Source of the DNA: Squalus acanthias
Taxonomy: Eukaryota
Direction of reading: 5' to 3'
Assembly (NCBI GenBank): GCA_030390025.1
Contig: CM059433.1
Coordinates: 434,001 to 498,000 of the forward strand
Length of the DNA stretch: 64,000 bases
Shown here: one piece after another, positions 23,750 through 36,020 of the stretch
Layout of the letters: each line of letters begins with the position of its first letter
How positions within the stretch are numbered: position 1 is the first letter of the stretch
Notes under the pieces: generated by a model
Databases searched by the model: none
Told to the model about the DNA's origin: nothing
The model's input: the letters and a program-made list of their open reading frames with translations, nothing else
Translations under genes and position numbers: made by a program

Positions 23750-24157
23750 TTTCCCGTGTCCATTCGCATGCGCACTTTGGCTGCCGCTCCGGACCCGAGC
23801 CACTCCACTTTTTCCCCCTATTTTCCTTTTTTCTCTCTAACCCTCCCTGACCGCACTCTCCTGTCGTCATGCCTCCTTTCATCTCTCTTCTCTCGGATAT
23901 ACTGCCCTCCCAAATCCCTACCCCAATTCTTCATTACTCTTCGACCTTCCTACTCTCCTGCTGCCGTCCCACAGCTTCCCTCTGTGCCTCTCTTGGCATC
24001 CTACGAAGGGGCCATCGAGGCACTCGTCGCTGCCACCTTACGAGCAGCAAACCCAACTGTCCCATCCTACTCTCTCGCCGACCTTCCCGGTCAGTGCGCC
24101 CACTGGGGGCAAATCTTGCCAATCTCCTCCCCATCCAACTCATCCCCCGCTCTCCCC

Positions 24158-24195
<38 letters not shown>

Positions 24196-27100
24196 AGCGC
24201 TGACCCTGTAGATGCTGGCAGTGGGGCAGCCATCACCGACCCTCTCCGCATCTCTCTCCAGAATGTCCATTCACTTGCGAACAAGGCCCTTAGCCATCCA
24301 TGAGCTTATCGTGGATGACTGCATCGATATCATGGCCCTGATGGAAACTTGGTTGAGGGGTGATGACGCCTTACCCTTAAATGAAGCCTTCCCACCTGGC
24401 TATACCTTCCACCACTTGCCCCGCTCAGATCGCCATGGTGGCAGTGTGGCTCTCATCACCAAATCACACCTTGGTCTGTCCCCCCCTATTCCTCCGGCAG
24501 TTTCTCCTCCTTTCAGCATCTCACCTTATTCCACCACTCTCACCTCTCATTTAAAATTCTTGTTCTCTACTGCCCACCCAAGTACTATAAACATTTTATT
24601 ACTGAGATATCTTCACTGTTCTCCTCCCTCAGCCTCTGCACCGAATGATTTCTCATCCTCGGTGATTTCAACCTCCATCTCAATTCATCATGCTCTCTCT
24701 CCTCTGAGTTCACTAGCCTCCTATCCTCCCTTAATCTCTCCCTCCTTGTAAACTCTCCAACCCATATTCACGGCCACCCCCTTGACCTTGCCATCTCTCG
24801 TGGCCTCGCTACTCCCATCGTGTCAATTGCAGATAAGGCCATCTCTGACCATTTCCTCGTATCGCTCTCCACCCACATCCCCCTTCCACCCACCTCCCCC
24901 AACCCTACTTCCTTCTGTGTCTGCCCCTGGAATAAACTCTCTCCCAACTCTCTTACAACTGCACTTATGAAATCCCAACTGTCCAGCCTCTGGCCCTCCA
25001 TTCACCATGACATTTCTGCAGCTTTCGATCTGCTCAACCACACCCTCATCACTATCTTTGATGCCCTAGTCCCATCTAAAACAATTACCCTCTCTCACCC
25101 TGGCTGTTCCCCCGGTACGGCTCTCAGCTTCGCTCCCTTAAGTCCAAGGGACGCAGACTTGAACGGATATGGCGGACAACTGGTTTAGCCATTCGCCGCC
25201 CAGATCTGGCTGGACCACATAAAGCACTATCGGGCCCAGCTCCCGTCTGCCAAAATTGCTCTCTATTCCAGAATAATTCTGGAATGCAAAGATAAACCCC
25301 GGCTCCTATTCTCTACTGCTAACCGTCTTCTTAAACCCCTCTCCCCTGTCTCTTCCACCCTTACCTCTGATAACAAGTGTGAGGAGCTCATGGACTTCTT
25401 TGTCTCTAAGATTGAGACCATCCGTTCAACTGCCTCTGCCACTTCCCTTCCTTCCCCTGGCCAAACTTCCTCAAAGGTTCCCCCCTGCCCCAGCCCTGAA
25501 CTTTCATCTTTCTACAGTTTCTCTCCGATCTCCCCTCATGATCTCTCTGCGCTCATCTTGTCTATGAGACCCACCTCCTGCTCCCTCGACCCTATTCCCA
25601 CCAAACTGCTGACCACCCAACTTCCTTTTCTGGCTCCCATGTTAGCTGATCTTGTTAACGGTTCTCTCCTCAGGTACTGTCCCCCCTCTCCCTCAAATCT
25701 GCTGTCATCACCCCTCTCCTCAAAAAAACAAACCTTGATCTCTCCGTCCTTGCAAACTACCGCCCCATCTCCAACCTCCCTTTCCTCTCAAGTCCTTGAA
25801 CGTGTTGTCGCCTCCCAAATCCGTGCCCATCTTTCCCGCAATTCCATGTTTGAATCCCTCCACTCAGGTTTCCGCCCATGCCACAGTACCGAAACGGCTC
25901 TCATCAAAGTCACAAATGACATCCTTTGTGACTGTGACAAAGGTAAACTATCCCTCCTTGTCCTTCTTGACTTGTCTGCAGCCTTTGACACGGTTGACCA
26001 CTCCATCCTTCTCCAGCGCCTCTCCACCGTCGTCCAGCTGGGTGGGACTGCACTCGCCTGGTTCCATTCTTATCCATCTAATCGTAACCAGAGAATCAGC
26101 TGCAACGGCTTCTCTTCCCACTCCCACATTGTTACCTCTGGTGTTCCCCAGGATCTATCCTTGGCCCCCTCCTATTTCTCATCTACATGTTGTCCCTTGG
26201 CAACATTATCCGAAAACACAGCTTCAGTTTCCACATGTACGCTGACGACACCCAGCTCTACCTCACTACCTCTTCTCTCGACCCCTCCACGGTGTCTAAA
26301 TTGTCAGACTGCTTGTCCGACATACAGTTCTGGATGAGCAAAAATTTTCTCCAATTAAATATTGAGAAGACCGAAGCCATTGTTTTCAGTCCCCGCCACA
26401 AACTCCATTCCCTGGCCACTGATTCCATCCCTCTCTCTAACATCTGTCTGAGGCTGAACCAGACTGTTCACCACCTTGGTGTCATATTTGACCCTGAAAT
26501 GAGCTTCCGACCACATATCCGCAGCATAACAAAGACCGCCTACTTCCACCTCTGTAACATCGCCCGGCTCTGCCCTTGCCTCAGCTCATCTGCTGCTGGA
26601 ACCCTCATCCATGCCTTTATTACCTCTAGACTTGACACTTCCAATGCACTCCTGGCTGGCCTCCCACATTCCACCCTACGTAAACTTGAGGTCATCCAAA
26701 ACTCGGCTGCCCGTGTCCTAACTCGCACCAAGTCCTGTTTGCCCATCACCCCTGTGCTCGCTGACCTACATTGGATCCCGGTTAAGCAGCGCCTCGCTTT
26801 CAAAATTCTCATCCTTGTTTTCAAATCCCTCCATGGCCTCGCCCCTTCCTATCTCTGTAATCTCCTTCAGCCCCACAACCCCCCGAGATATCTGCGCTCC
26901 TCTAATTCTGCCCTCTTGAGCATCCCTGATTATAATCGCTCAACCTTTGGTGGCTGTGCCTTCTGTTGCCTGGGCCCTAAGCTCTGGAATTCCCTGCCTA
27001 AACCTCTCCGCCTTGCTACCTCTCTTTCCTCCTTTAAGACGCTCTTTAAAACTTACCTCTTTGACCAAGCTTTTGCTCATCTGCCCTAATTTATCCTTAT

Positions 27101-27203
27101 GTGGATCGGTGTCATTTTTTGTCTTAAAATACTCCTGTGCAGCGCCTTGGGACGTTTTACTGCGTCAAAGGCGCTATATAAATACAGGTGGTTGTTGTTG
27201 TTG
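23750..27203 (+). mobile_element. Near full-length L2 LINE, ORF2 frameshifted
   Basis: APE motifs (LQNVHSLANK, ALMETWL, SDHFLV), RT motifs ([21 protein letters not shown]) and the L2 tail gcgctatataaatac..(gtt)n. The 5' boundary is uncertain and may extend to about 23230. Confidence 0.9.
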
Positions 27204-27849
27204 AGTGGAGCTGCGCAGTTTATATTGTTGGCTATCAGTGGAATACATCCGTGGGTAATTCTGCTCACCTTTATGTACTTCAGATTGAGGTCTGCATATG
27301 TAGATAATTATTGCTATGTGGTGGGGGGGAACTGAAATAAAACAAACCAAAGAAGAAGATGCAGTGATCAGAATAAGATTATGAAGCTGTTTATATTACA
27401 TTGCCTCTAAATTGGTCTCTGCATTATTGGAATTTAGAAACAACTGCACTTGTAAACTGCTTTTTAATTTTGTGTCCGTGATCACCTTGGGTGTCTGGGA
27501 AACGTCTGCACAAGTCACCAATGCAAAAAATGCTTTGCTGACCTGTACAGAATGGTTGAAAAAATGGTAGTATGCAGCAACCAGTGCCACGTTCAGATAT
27601 TTATATTCATCATTGGTGGCGCTGCATCTCAAGTAATTGGGAGCCGGGGAGAGGGAGGACATTTTTTTCAAGGTACGCCTTTGCTCTGAATTAACCACCA
27701 GTTGCCTGTGTGAAATGGGAATTGGTAATAGTCTGCTCAGACATGAATTGCAGGTACTGCGCAGAATGTGGAATGAATATACATTTGAAAGGATGCATCG
27801 CTGTTGCCTGATGGGTTAGTGAGTAAGTACATCATTTTGTATGGTACTG

Positions 27850-28080
27850 AACCCTGGGGATCGGGTCCTTAGAATGTCCCAAATCCACGCTGAATTAGGG
27901 CAATAATGGGGCAGTATAATTTATCAGTAATCCCAGACTAGGATTGAATTTGTCTGTGATGCTCTTCAAGGTGAAATAACCTCCCAGCACTCTCCCTAGG
28001 CTCTCGCACAACAAATGCTACTGGGGCTAGGTATGACTATTGCTGATGCGAGTATTCCAGTTTAGTTAATGCCTTCAGGA
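27850..28080 (+). mobile_element. Old unclassified SINE-like repeat
   Basis: Ends with aatgccttcagga; reverse-complement homologues at 32600-32635 plus 34722-34990, 49710-50010 and 61570-61800. Confidence 0.45.
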
Positions 28081-29378
28081 CAAAATATTAAAAAGTAAGC
28101 TTAACGGAATCAGCATTTTATTAATCAAAAAAAACCACGGAAAAGTGGTTCTAAATTTTAAAGAATACTGCTTTTTTGTATTTAAGTTTTTTTAATTTGG
28201 GGGGTAGAACAATGAGTATTTGTTTTTGTATGTGTGCCTTGTGCAATAGGTGTGAAATTGTTTCTTTTGAGAGAAACAGGAACAGCACAGTGAACCAGGA
28301 AGTAGTGCAACCAAGATCCATTCATGTTTTGAGCTCATGTGTGCTGCGTTATTATTTACCCAGCCAATAGTCTGGTTAAAGGTTTTGCATTTCTTGAATT
28401 ATATTATAGGACTGTTGTGGTCTCAGATGAAATGCAGAATGTCTACAATTACATACCATGTCTGTACCAGTTGGTTCAACCAATTTAGTTGCTTTAATTT
28501 TATTGTATTTCATGAAAGCTGTTCCATATTTGATCTGGGGCCAAATTCTAGTTTATTTGCAGCTGTTTAAAACCACCAACAGCATTCTATTTCTTTCCTT
28601 TGGCATCACATGGAGCTCTGCCATGTGTGCTCTGCTAAGATCACCTTAGTGATGATGAAGGCACCATTACATTTTCTGTGAGTAATAGTATATTGTATTA
28701 ATATAATGCTGCTTTCTGTGTTACAAGACAAACTGTTCCTGCTTTAAAATGCAAACTTTCATGCGAACAAGATGGCTCCCAGGCTAGCAGCTCTCTACTG
28801 AGATCCTCTTCTTTGTAACTACATCCTTTGCCATCCTCCCCCACCCCGCCATACGTCTTCTCAGCCCTATTGTTTACAACCCCTTACCTCGAATAACAGA
28901 TATATTTTAGCTCAATCTACATGATCAGGCTATCTGTATAGAGCATATTGTCCATCCCCCCCACCTTTTTTGTTCTGTGCTTTTTTTTTGGCAGCTGGAA
29001 CCCTACTCACATTTAATTTCCTAGATTCCTCTAACATTAGGACTGTGTTAGAGTTAGGGTTAGGGTTGAACTACACTGTATGCCTGGCTGCTGTGCCTCC
29101 ACTCTTCAAGTTTAAGCTAACTTATTGAAGCACACTATGCCCATATCCCACTGCACCTCTTACTCACATGGCTTCTGGACTAAACTCCAGAATGCTGATG
29201 GTTTCCCAGTTTTACTCTGCTGCTATGTGGGGTCCTGGGCAGAAATATGCTGTCCATTGGCCAAATCCCATTTTCCCCACTGGTTTCTTGGCTTTACTGT
29301 GACCGCTTTGTTGCTGCTTTCAACTGAGACTATTCTCTGCTGGATTATCTGGTCTACTTCTACTGACTTCTGGTATAG

Positions 29379-31234
29379 CCTCCATCTCCACTCCCTTAAG
29401 TCCAAGGGACGCAGACCTGAACGTTTATGGCAGACAACTGGTTTAGCCATTCGTCGCCAGATCTGACTGGACCACATGAAGCACTCTTTTGTCCTGCCAA
29501 AACTGCTCCGTATTCCATCCTGGAATGCAAAGATAACTCCCAGCTTCTCTTCGCCACTACAAACCATCTTCTTAAACCCTTCTCTCCTCGCCTCCAACAA
29601 GTGCGAGGAGCTCATGGACTTCTTTGTCACTAGAATTGAGACCATCCATTCAGCTGCCTCTGCCGCTTTCTTCCCTTCCCTAGCCCTCCGTGTTAGCTGA
29701 TATTGTTAACTGTTCCCTCTCCTCAAGTACTGTCTCTCTCCCCTTCAAATCTGCCGTCATCACCCCTCTCCTCAAAAAACACACCCTTGACCCCTCTGCT
29801 TACAAACTACTGCAGCCTCTCTAACCTCCCTTTCCTTTCCAGGTGTCCTTCAACGTGTTGCCTGAACTCCGTGCCCATCTTTCCCGCAATTCCAAGTTTG
29901 AACCCCTCCAATCAGGTTTTTGCCCTTGCCACAGCACTGATCAAAGTGGCAAATGACATTTTATGTGACTGTGACCATGGTAAACTATTCTCTTTGTCCT
30001 TCTCGACCTGTCTGCAGCCTTTGACGCAGTTAACCACACCGTCCTCCTTTAATGCCTCTCCTCCGTTGTTCAGCTGGGTGGGACTGTTCTTGCCTGGTTA
30101 AATTCCTATCTATCCAGTCGTACCCAGAGAATCACTTGCAATGGCTTTTCTTCCCGCTCCCACATCATTACCTCTGGAGTCCCCCAAGGTTCTATCCTTG
30201 GCCCCCCTCCAATTCCTCAACTACATGCTGCCCCTCACAACAGCATCCAAAAACACAACGTCCGGTTCCACATGTATGCTGATGACACCCAGCTCTACCT
30301 CACCACAACCACTCTCGACCCCTCCACGGTCTCTGATTTGTTACGCTGCTTTGCCGACATCCAATATTGTATGAGGAGAAATTTCCTCCAACTAAATATT
30401 GGGAAGACCAAAGCCACTGTCTTTGGTCCCCGCCACAAACTCCGTTCCCTAGCCACTGACTCCATCCCTCTCCCTGACGACTGTCTGAGGCTGAACCAGA
30501 CTCTTCGCAACCTTGGTGTTGTATTTGACCCTGAGCTGAGCTTCCAACCCCATATCCTCTCCATCACTAAGACTGCCTACTTCCACCTCCGTAGCATTGC
30601 CCGTCTCCACCCCTGCCTCAGCTCATCTGCTGCTGAAACCCTCATCCATGCCTTTGTTACCTCTAGACATCACTATTCCAATACTGTCTTGGTCAGCCTC
30701 CTACCTTGCACCCTCCGTAAACTTGAGCTCATCCAAAACTTTGCTGCCCGTATCCTATCTTGCACCAAGTCCCGTTCACCCATCACCCCTGTGCTCGCTG
30801 ACCTACATTGGCTCCTGATCCGGCAATGCCTCAATTTTAAAATTCTCATCCTTGTTTTCAAATCCTACCATGGCCTCACCCCTCCCTCTCTCAGTAAGCT
30901 CCTCCAGCCCAAGAACCCTCAGATATCTGTGCTCCTTCAATTCTGACCTCTTGTGCATCCCCAATTTTAATTGTCCCACCATTGGCGGCTGTGCCTTCAG
31001 CTGCCGAGGTCCTAAGCTCGGTAATTCTCTCTGTAAACCTATTAGCCTCTCTACACCTCTCTCCTCCTTTAAGATGCTCCTTAAAACCTACTTCTTTGAC
31101 CAAGCATTTGATCACCTGCCCTAATATCTTCTGATGTGGCGCAGTGTCAAAATTTTGTTTGATCATCGCTCCTGTGAAGCGCCTTGGGACATTTTACTAC
31201 ATTAAAGGCACTATATAAACGCAAGCGGTTGTTC
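29379..31234 (+). mobile_element. 5'-truncated L2 LINE with internal deletion
   Basis: ORF 30272-30946 ([18 protein letters not shown]); L2 3' tail; collinear with 25130-27200. Confidence 0.9.
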
Positions 31235-31618
31235 TATAGACTCAATTTCTGTTCTTCCACTGGCCCTCACTCTATGCTGGACAAGCTTTGCTCTGCTTTT
31301 GCTGATTTCCATCCTGCTTTCATGTTGCTGAATAACTTCTGCTCTGCTGTTATTTGCTTGCTTCTATGCTGCTGACGCTGCTCTGCTCTACTCGTCCTTC
31401 AGAATTCTTCTATCAACCTTCTCTGCACTAGGTTGGGCTAACTCCCGCTGCTGCTCCTGATCTTGTGTGCATTGATCCTGTGGATTTACCCTTTACCATC
31501 CCTTTATGGTCCCCAGTTTACACTCCCACTGCTCCTTGTTCCATTACTAGTCCACCGTATCCTCTGGTGTGTGCTGCTAAACCTGAGGCCACTACACACT
31601 TCCGCTAGATCTCAGACT

Positions 31619-32268
31619 CGGCTGGATTTTCATTGACCCGCAGAGGCGGGTTTGGAGGCGTGTAGGGGGTTAAAATTGCGAAAACTGGCGGGCGGGCACA
31701 AGCCCGCCTCCACGCAATTTTCATTAAATCGTGTCTGCTGGTCCCGACTCCATCCCGCCTCTAAGAGGCGGGATAGGCTGTTAAGGCCCTTAACAAGCAC
31801 TAAATTGCCTCTATAATGCCATTTTGAAAGGCCTTTGTGATTTTAACCCTTTTTCTACGTGAAGCACGCCTGTTCTGAACCACGAATGTGAAACCTGGCG
31901 GGAGCACGGCTGGCTGATCTGGGAGTGGTGGTGCAAGGGAGACATATCTGGGAGTGGTGGTGCAAGTAGACATATCTGGGAGTGGTGGTGCAAAAATATC
32001 TGGGAGCAGACTTGAGGCTGCTGCTGCTCATTTTGCATCCAGGTCCTCTCTCAGCGAAGGCCAGGCAGTCTTTGCAGACCTTCAATGCAGCAGCAATGAT
32101 GACATCATCAGAGGCGACTTTCAGACTGAAAACACTAATTGGGTCATGGGTTCCCACATGCTGGAACTCAATTGCCCAATTAGGTGAAAATCGCATCAAT
32201 CTCTCACATCCAATTGCAGTCGGGTGGATAACACGACCCCAACCCACCCCAGTATCAAAATCCAGCCC
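31619..32268. mobile_element. Second copy of the PIF/Harbinger-like MITE (about 3 minisatellite units)
   Basis: High identity to 17652-18604; TIRs (c)ggctggatttt/aaaatccagccc. Confidence 0.85.
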
Positions 32269-32632
32269 ATTATCTCTGCTGGCTCATGGTCGACTCTGTG
32301 CTCCTCCTCTGCCCTCTGAATCCAGTGAATAACCTCTACCAGCACCTCAGCTGATATCCTGACCCTGGACTAGCCCTTAGGTCTACAATCACTCCTCATC
32401 TAACTCTGAACCTCCGCATTGGTTGTGGATGCTGCTGTCAATAAGTTGTGGTCAATTTTAACTCTTGAGAGTCTCAGGTGAGCGGGGAGCTGGGACGAGT
32501 GCAAGATGCACCTCTGGGCCCAGTTTTCAGGCCCAGGGCACTTTAATCCCACAGGCCTTGTTTGTATTCCACCTGTCAGTTGCCTGCCTGTTTTGGCCCT
32601 TCCTCTCCTGAAGGCATTGATTCCTAGCTGGC

Positions 32633-34627
32633 ATGTTTATACCAATCTGGCATAAAAGGAAATCTAAAAAGGTGACTCAACCGTGGATAACAGGGGAAAT
32701 TAGAGACAGCATAAAATCCAAAGATAGGGCGTATAAAATAGCCAAAAAAAGCGCCAGAGCGGAAGATTGGGAACAGTTTAAGATAGAGCAAAGGAGGACA
32801 AAGGGCTTAATCAAGAGGGGCAAAATAGCTTACGAAAGCAAGCTGGCGGAAAATATAAAAACTAACTCCAAAAGCTTTTATAAGTATATCAAGAGGAAAA
32901 GACTGGTGAAAACCAAAGTTGGCCCATTGCAGTCAGATACGGGGGAATATATAACGGGAAATAAGGAAATGGCAGACCAACTAAATGCATACTTTGGGTC
33001 AGTCTTTACGAAGGAAGACACAAAAAACCTCCCTGGGATATCGGGAAAAATAGGGACATTTGCAAAGGAGGAACTGACGCAAATCAATATCTCTAAGGAT
33101 ATGGTGTTAAGGAAGCTAAAGGGATTGAAGGCGGACAAATCCCCAGGGCCTGATAACATGCATCCTAGGGTGCTGAAGGAGGTGGCCCTAGAGATAGCGG
33201 ATGCACTAAGTATGATTTTTCAGAATTCATTAGACTCGGGAACAGTGCCCATGGATTGGAGGGTAGCTAACGTTACCCCACTATTCAAAAAGGGGGGTAG
33301 GGTAAAAGCAGGTAATTACAGACCTGTAAGCCTTACATCAGTTGTGGGCAAAATGCTGGAGTCCATCATTAAGGATGAAATAGCGGAGCACTTAGCAAAT
33401 GGGGACAGGATAGGACAGAGTCAACATGGATTTACAAAGGGTAAATCGTGCTTGACTAATCTATTGGAATTTTTTGAGGGAGTAACTGGTAAAATAGATG
33501 GGGGAGAGCCAGTAGATGTGGTGTACCTGGACTTCCAAAAGGCCTTCGATAAGGTCCCACATAAAAGATTAGCATGGAAAATTGAAGCTCATGGGATAAA
33601 GGGGAAAGTATTGACGTGGATAGAGAACTGGCTGTCAGATAGAAAACAGAGAGTTGGAATAAACGGCTCATTTTCTGAATGGCAGGCAGTAACAAGTGGT
33701 GTACCACAGGGATCTGTCCTGGATCCCCAGCTGTTCACAATTTACATTAATGACCTGGATCAGGGAGTCGGATGCAGCATTTCCAAATTTGCAGACGACA
33801 CTAAACTAGGAGGGGGGGTGGGCTCAGAGGAGGAGACCAGGAAGCTCCAGAGCGATTTGGACAGACTGGGTGATTGGGCGGATAAATGGCAGATGCACTA
33901 TAATGTGGACAAGTGCGAAGTTATCCACCTTGGGTGCAGGAACGGGAGGGCAAATTATTATTTAAATGGCAATAAATTGGGAGAGGGGGAAGTACAGAGA
34001 GACCTGGGTGTTCTTGTACACCAGTCACTGAAGGCGAGCATGCAGGTGCAACAGGCGGTCAAGAAGGCAAACGGTATGCTGGCCTTCATAGCAAAAGGGT
34101 TGGAATACAGGAACAGGGATACCTTGCTGCAGCTGTACAGGGCACTGGTGAGACCACACCTCGAGTACTGTGTACAGTTTTGGTCGCCTCATCTGAGGAA
34201 AGATGTTCTTGCCATGGAGGGGGTGCAGCGGCGATTCACCAGGCTGATACCAGGAATGGCGGGATTGACCTATGAGGAGAGACTATGTAGTTTAGGGATG
34301 TACACACTGGAGTTTAGAAGATTGAGAGGGGACCTCATAGAAGTGTATAAAATTCTGACAGGTCTAGACAGACTAGATGCAGAAGGAATGTTTCCCTTGG
34401 CGGGTGAGAACAGAACTAGAGGACATAATTTAAGGATAAGGGCTAAACCATTTAGGACAGAAATGAGGGGGAATTTCTTCACTCAGAGGGTGGTGAACCT
34501 GTGGAACTCATTGCCACAGAGGGCAGTGTACGCCAGCTCATTAAATATATTTAAGAGGGAATTAGATATATTTCTACAGGCAAAAGGGGTTAAGGGTTAC
34601 GGAGAGAAGGCGGGGACGGGATACTGA
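32633..34627 (+). CDS. CR1 ORF2 reverse transcriptase, 664 aa, lacking the endonuclease domain
   Basis: [34 protein letters not shown] and FADDTKLG motifs with no stop codons. TE-derived; expression is not shown. Confidence 0.8.
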   Translation: MFIPIWHKRKSKKVTQPWITGEIRDSIKSKDRAYKIAKKSARAEDWEQFKIEQRRTKGLIKRGKIAYESKLAENIKTNSKSFYKYIKRKRLVKTKVGPLQSDTGEYITGNKEMADQLNAYFGSVFTKEDTKNLPGISGKIGTFAKEELTQINISKDMVLRKLKGLKADKSPGPDNMHPRVLKEVALEIADALSMIFQNSLDSGTVPMDWRVANVTPLFKKGGRVKAGNYRPVSLTSVVGKMLESIIKDEIAEHLANGDRIGQSQHGFTKGKSCLTNLLEFFEGVTGKIDGGEPVDVVYLDFQKAFDKVPHKRLAWKIEAHGIKGKVLTWIENWLSDRKQRVGINGSFSEWQAVTSGVPQGSVLDPQLFTIYINDLDQGVGCSISKFADDTKLGGGVGSEEETRKLQSDLDRLGDWADKWQMHYNVDKCEVIHLGCRNGRANYYLNGNKLGEGEVQRDLGVLVHQSLKASMQVQQAVKKANGMLAFIAKGLEYRNRDTLLQLYRALVRPHLEYCVQFWSPHLRKDVLAMEGVQRRFTRLIPGMAGLTYEERLCSLGMYTLEFRRLRGDLIEVYKILTGLDRLDAEGMFPLAGENRTRGHNLRIRAKPFRTEMRGNFFTQRVVNLWNSLPQRAVYASSLNIFKRELDIFLQAKGVKGYGEKAGTGY

Positions 34628-34722
34628 ATTGGAGGATCAGCCATGATCTCATTAAATGGCGGAGCAGGCTCGAAGGGCCGGATGGCCTACTCCTTCTCCT
34701 ATCTTCTATGTATCTATGTATA
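32636..34722 (+). mobile_element. Young 5'-truncated CR1 LINE with uninterrupted ORF2 remnant
   Basis: Open frame through the RT domain; CR1 3'UTR and (ctatgtat)n tail; inserted into an old SINE. Confidence 0.95.
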
Positions 34723-35599
34723 TGGTTCCAAGATGCTGGTTGCCATTATTCATTTGAGGCTTTTTCAGTGAGTTTTGAGAATACATTAAACTGCACACTC
34801 CAGTCCGGCTCTGTCGACATACACTCGCCTCCAACAGGATAATGATCAAAAACAACAATTCAGGCCAATTTTCCACCTCCCCAATTCTGAGCCACTGACG
34901 CTAATTGCAGGCCCCTTACTGTTGCTCCTTCTGAGATCCACTAACTCAACTCAGGCCAGGAATTGAACCTGCAACTCTTTTGGTCACTGTCACCTGATAA
35001 GCTTGTTGAATCACCCTGGGACTCTTCTGCATGAGGTTTATTTTGACATTCATAGATTCCACTGAGTTGTTATGAAAATAAAATCAATGCAAGGGCCATA
35101 AGAGTAATCTTATCTGCACCTGTAAGGTGCATGCATATGAGATATTAATACCTGCAAACAGCCCTTTGGCTCCCTCCAGCAAAAAATTGTTAATGTAAGC
35201 TTATAGCCTTTTTGTTTGCCTTGCTCTTTTTGCAGCTTCTAGTTTAACCATACGAGCTGCTATGCATGGTCCTTATCCTTATGTTTCTCAAACCGACAAG
35301 CCAATTCTAACTCTTGGTCCCCATGATTGTGAGATCCAGTACTCGTTTTTACTGTTGTTTGCTTCTGATAATTTGTGATAAATTTAGACTTAGAACGGCA
35401 TGTTTTTGGTTCGTAGGTGATAGTTATCCCACTTTAACTGCCAACTATTGTTACAATTTGGGCTTCTTCCCAACACTCTTTGTTCATGCCTACAGCAACA
35501 TGGCAGCAGGCCCACACCTCCTGTGAACTGAAACTTATATGTCTCATGGGGAGTGAATGGGTTAGCGTGCAGTAGGATTAACAATTCTGATAGGCAGAC

Positions 35600-36020
35600 A
35601 AATCGCATATTTCAAGCTGAACTATAAATATTGTTTATTGTAAGGGATAAGTTTAAACAGAATCAATGTGGATGAGCCACTAAAGAATAATACAGCACTT
35701 AAGTTTCTTCGAGAATACTTGCCGGCTGTGAACATTGAATTGCTACATACCTTCAAGAGAGAGCTGGGCCAGTTTCTGGCTGGGTAGGAGATTACTTTGT
35801 ACAAGAGTAGGTACCCTGTATTATAAGTCTGGGTCATTGTGGTCACCTGGATTAGTTTCGGTCACAAAGGCGTTGGAGAAGAATTTTCCCCCTAATTGGC
35901 CTGGGTTTTAACTGATTTCTCGCCTCGCCCAGGAGATTACATGGCTCTGGGTGGGTCGAGAGTATCGCGACTGGGTGGAACAGGCTTTTCCTGTCCAACA
36001 CTTCTGTATGTTCTATAGAT
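35600..36020 (+). mobile_element. Degraded CR1-like 3' fragment with long 3'UTR
   Basis: ttcaagagagagctgg..tttctgg remnant and a cttttcctgtcc..tgtatgttcta tail. Confidence 0.45.

Noticed and set aside
23756..24303. Poly-proline / poly-glycine ORFs
   Set aside because: Caused by a poly-C run (about 24158-24195) within the L2 ORF2 N-terminal region.
29048..29068. Interstitial telomeric repeat (TTAGGG)
   Set aside because: Only two perfect units plus one variant; compatible with chance.
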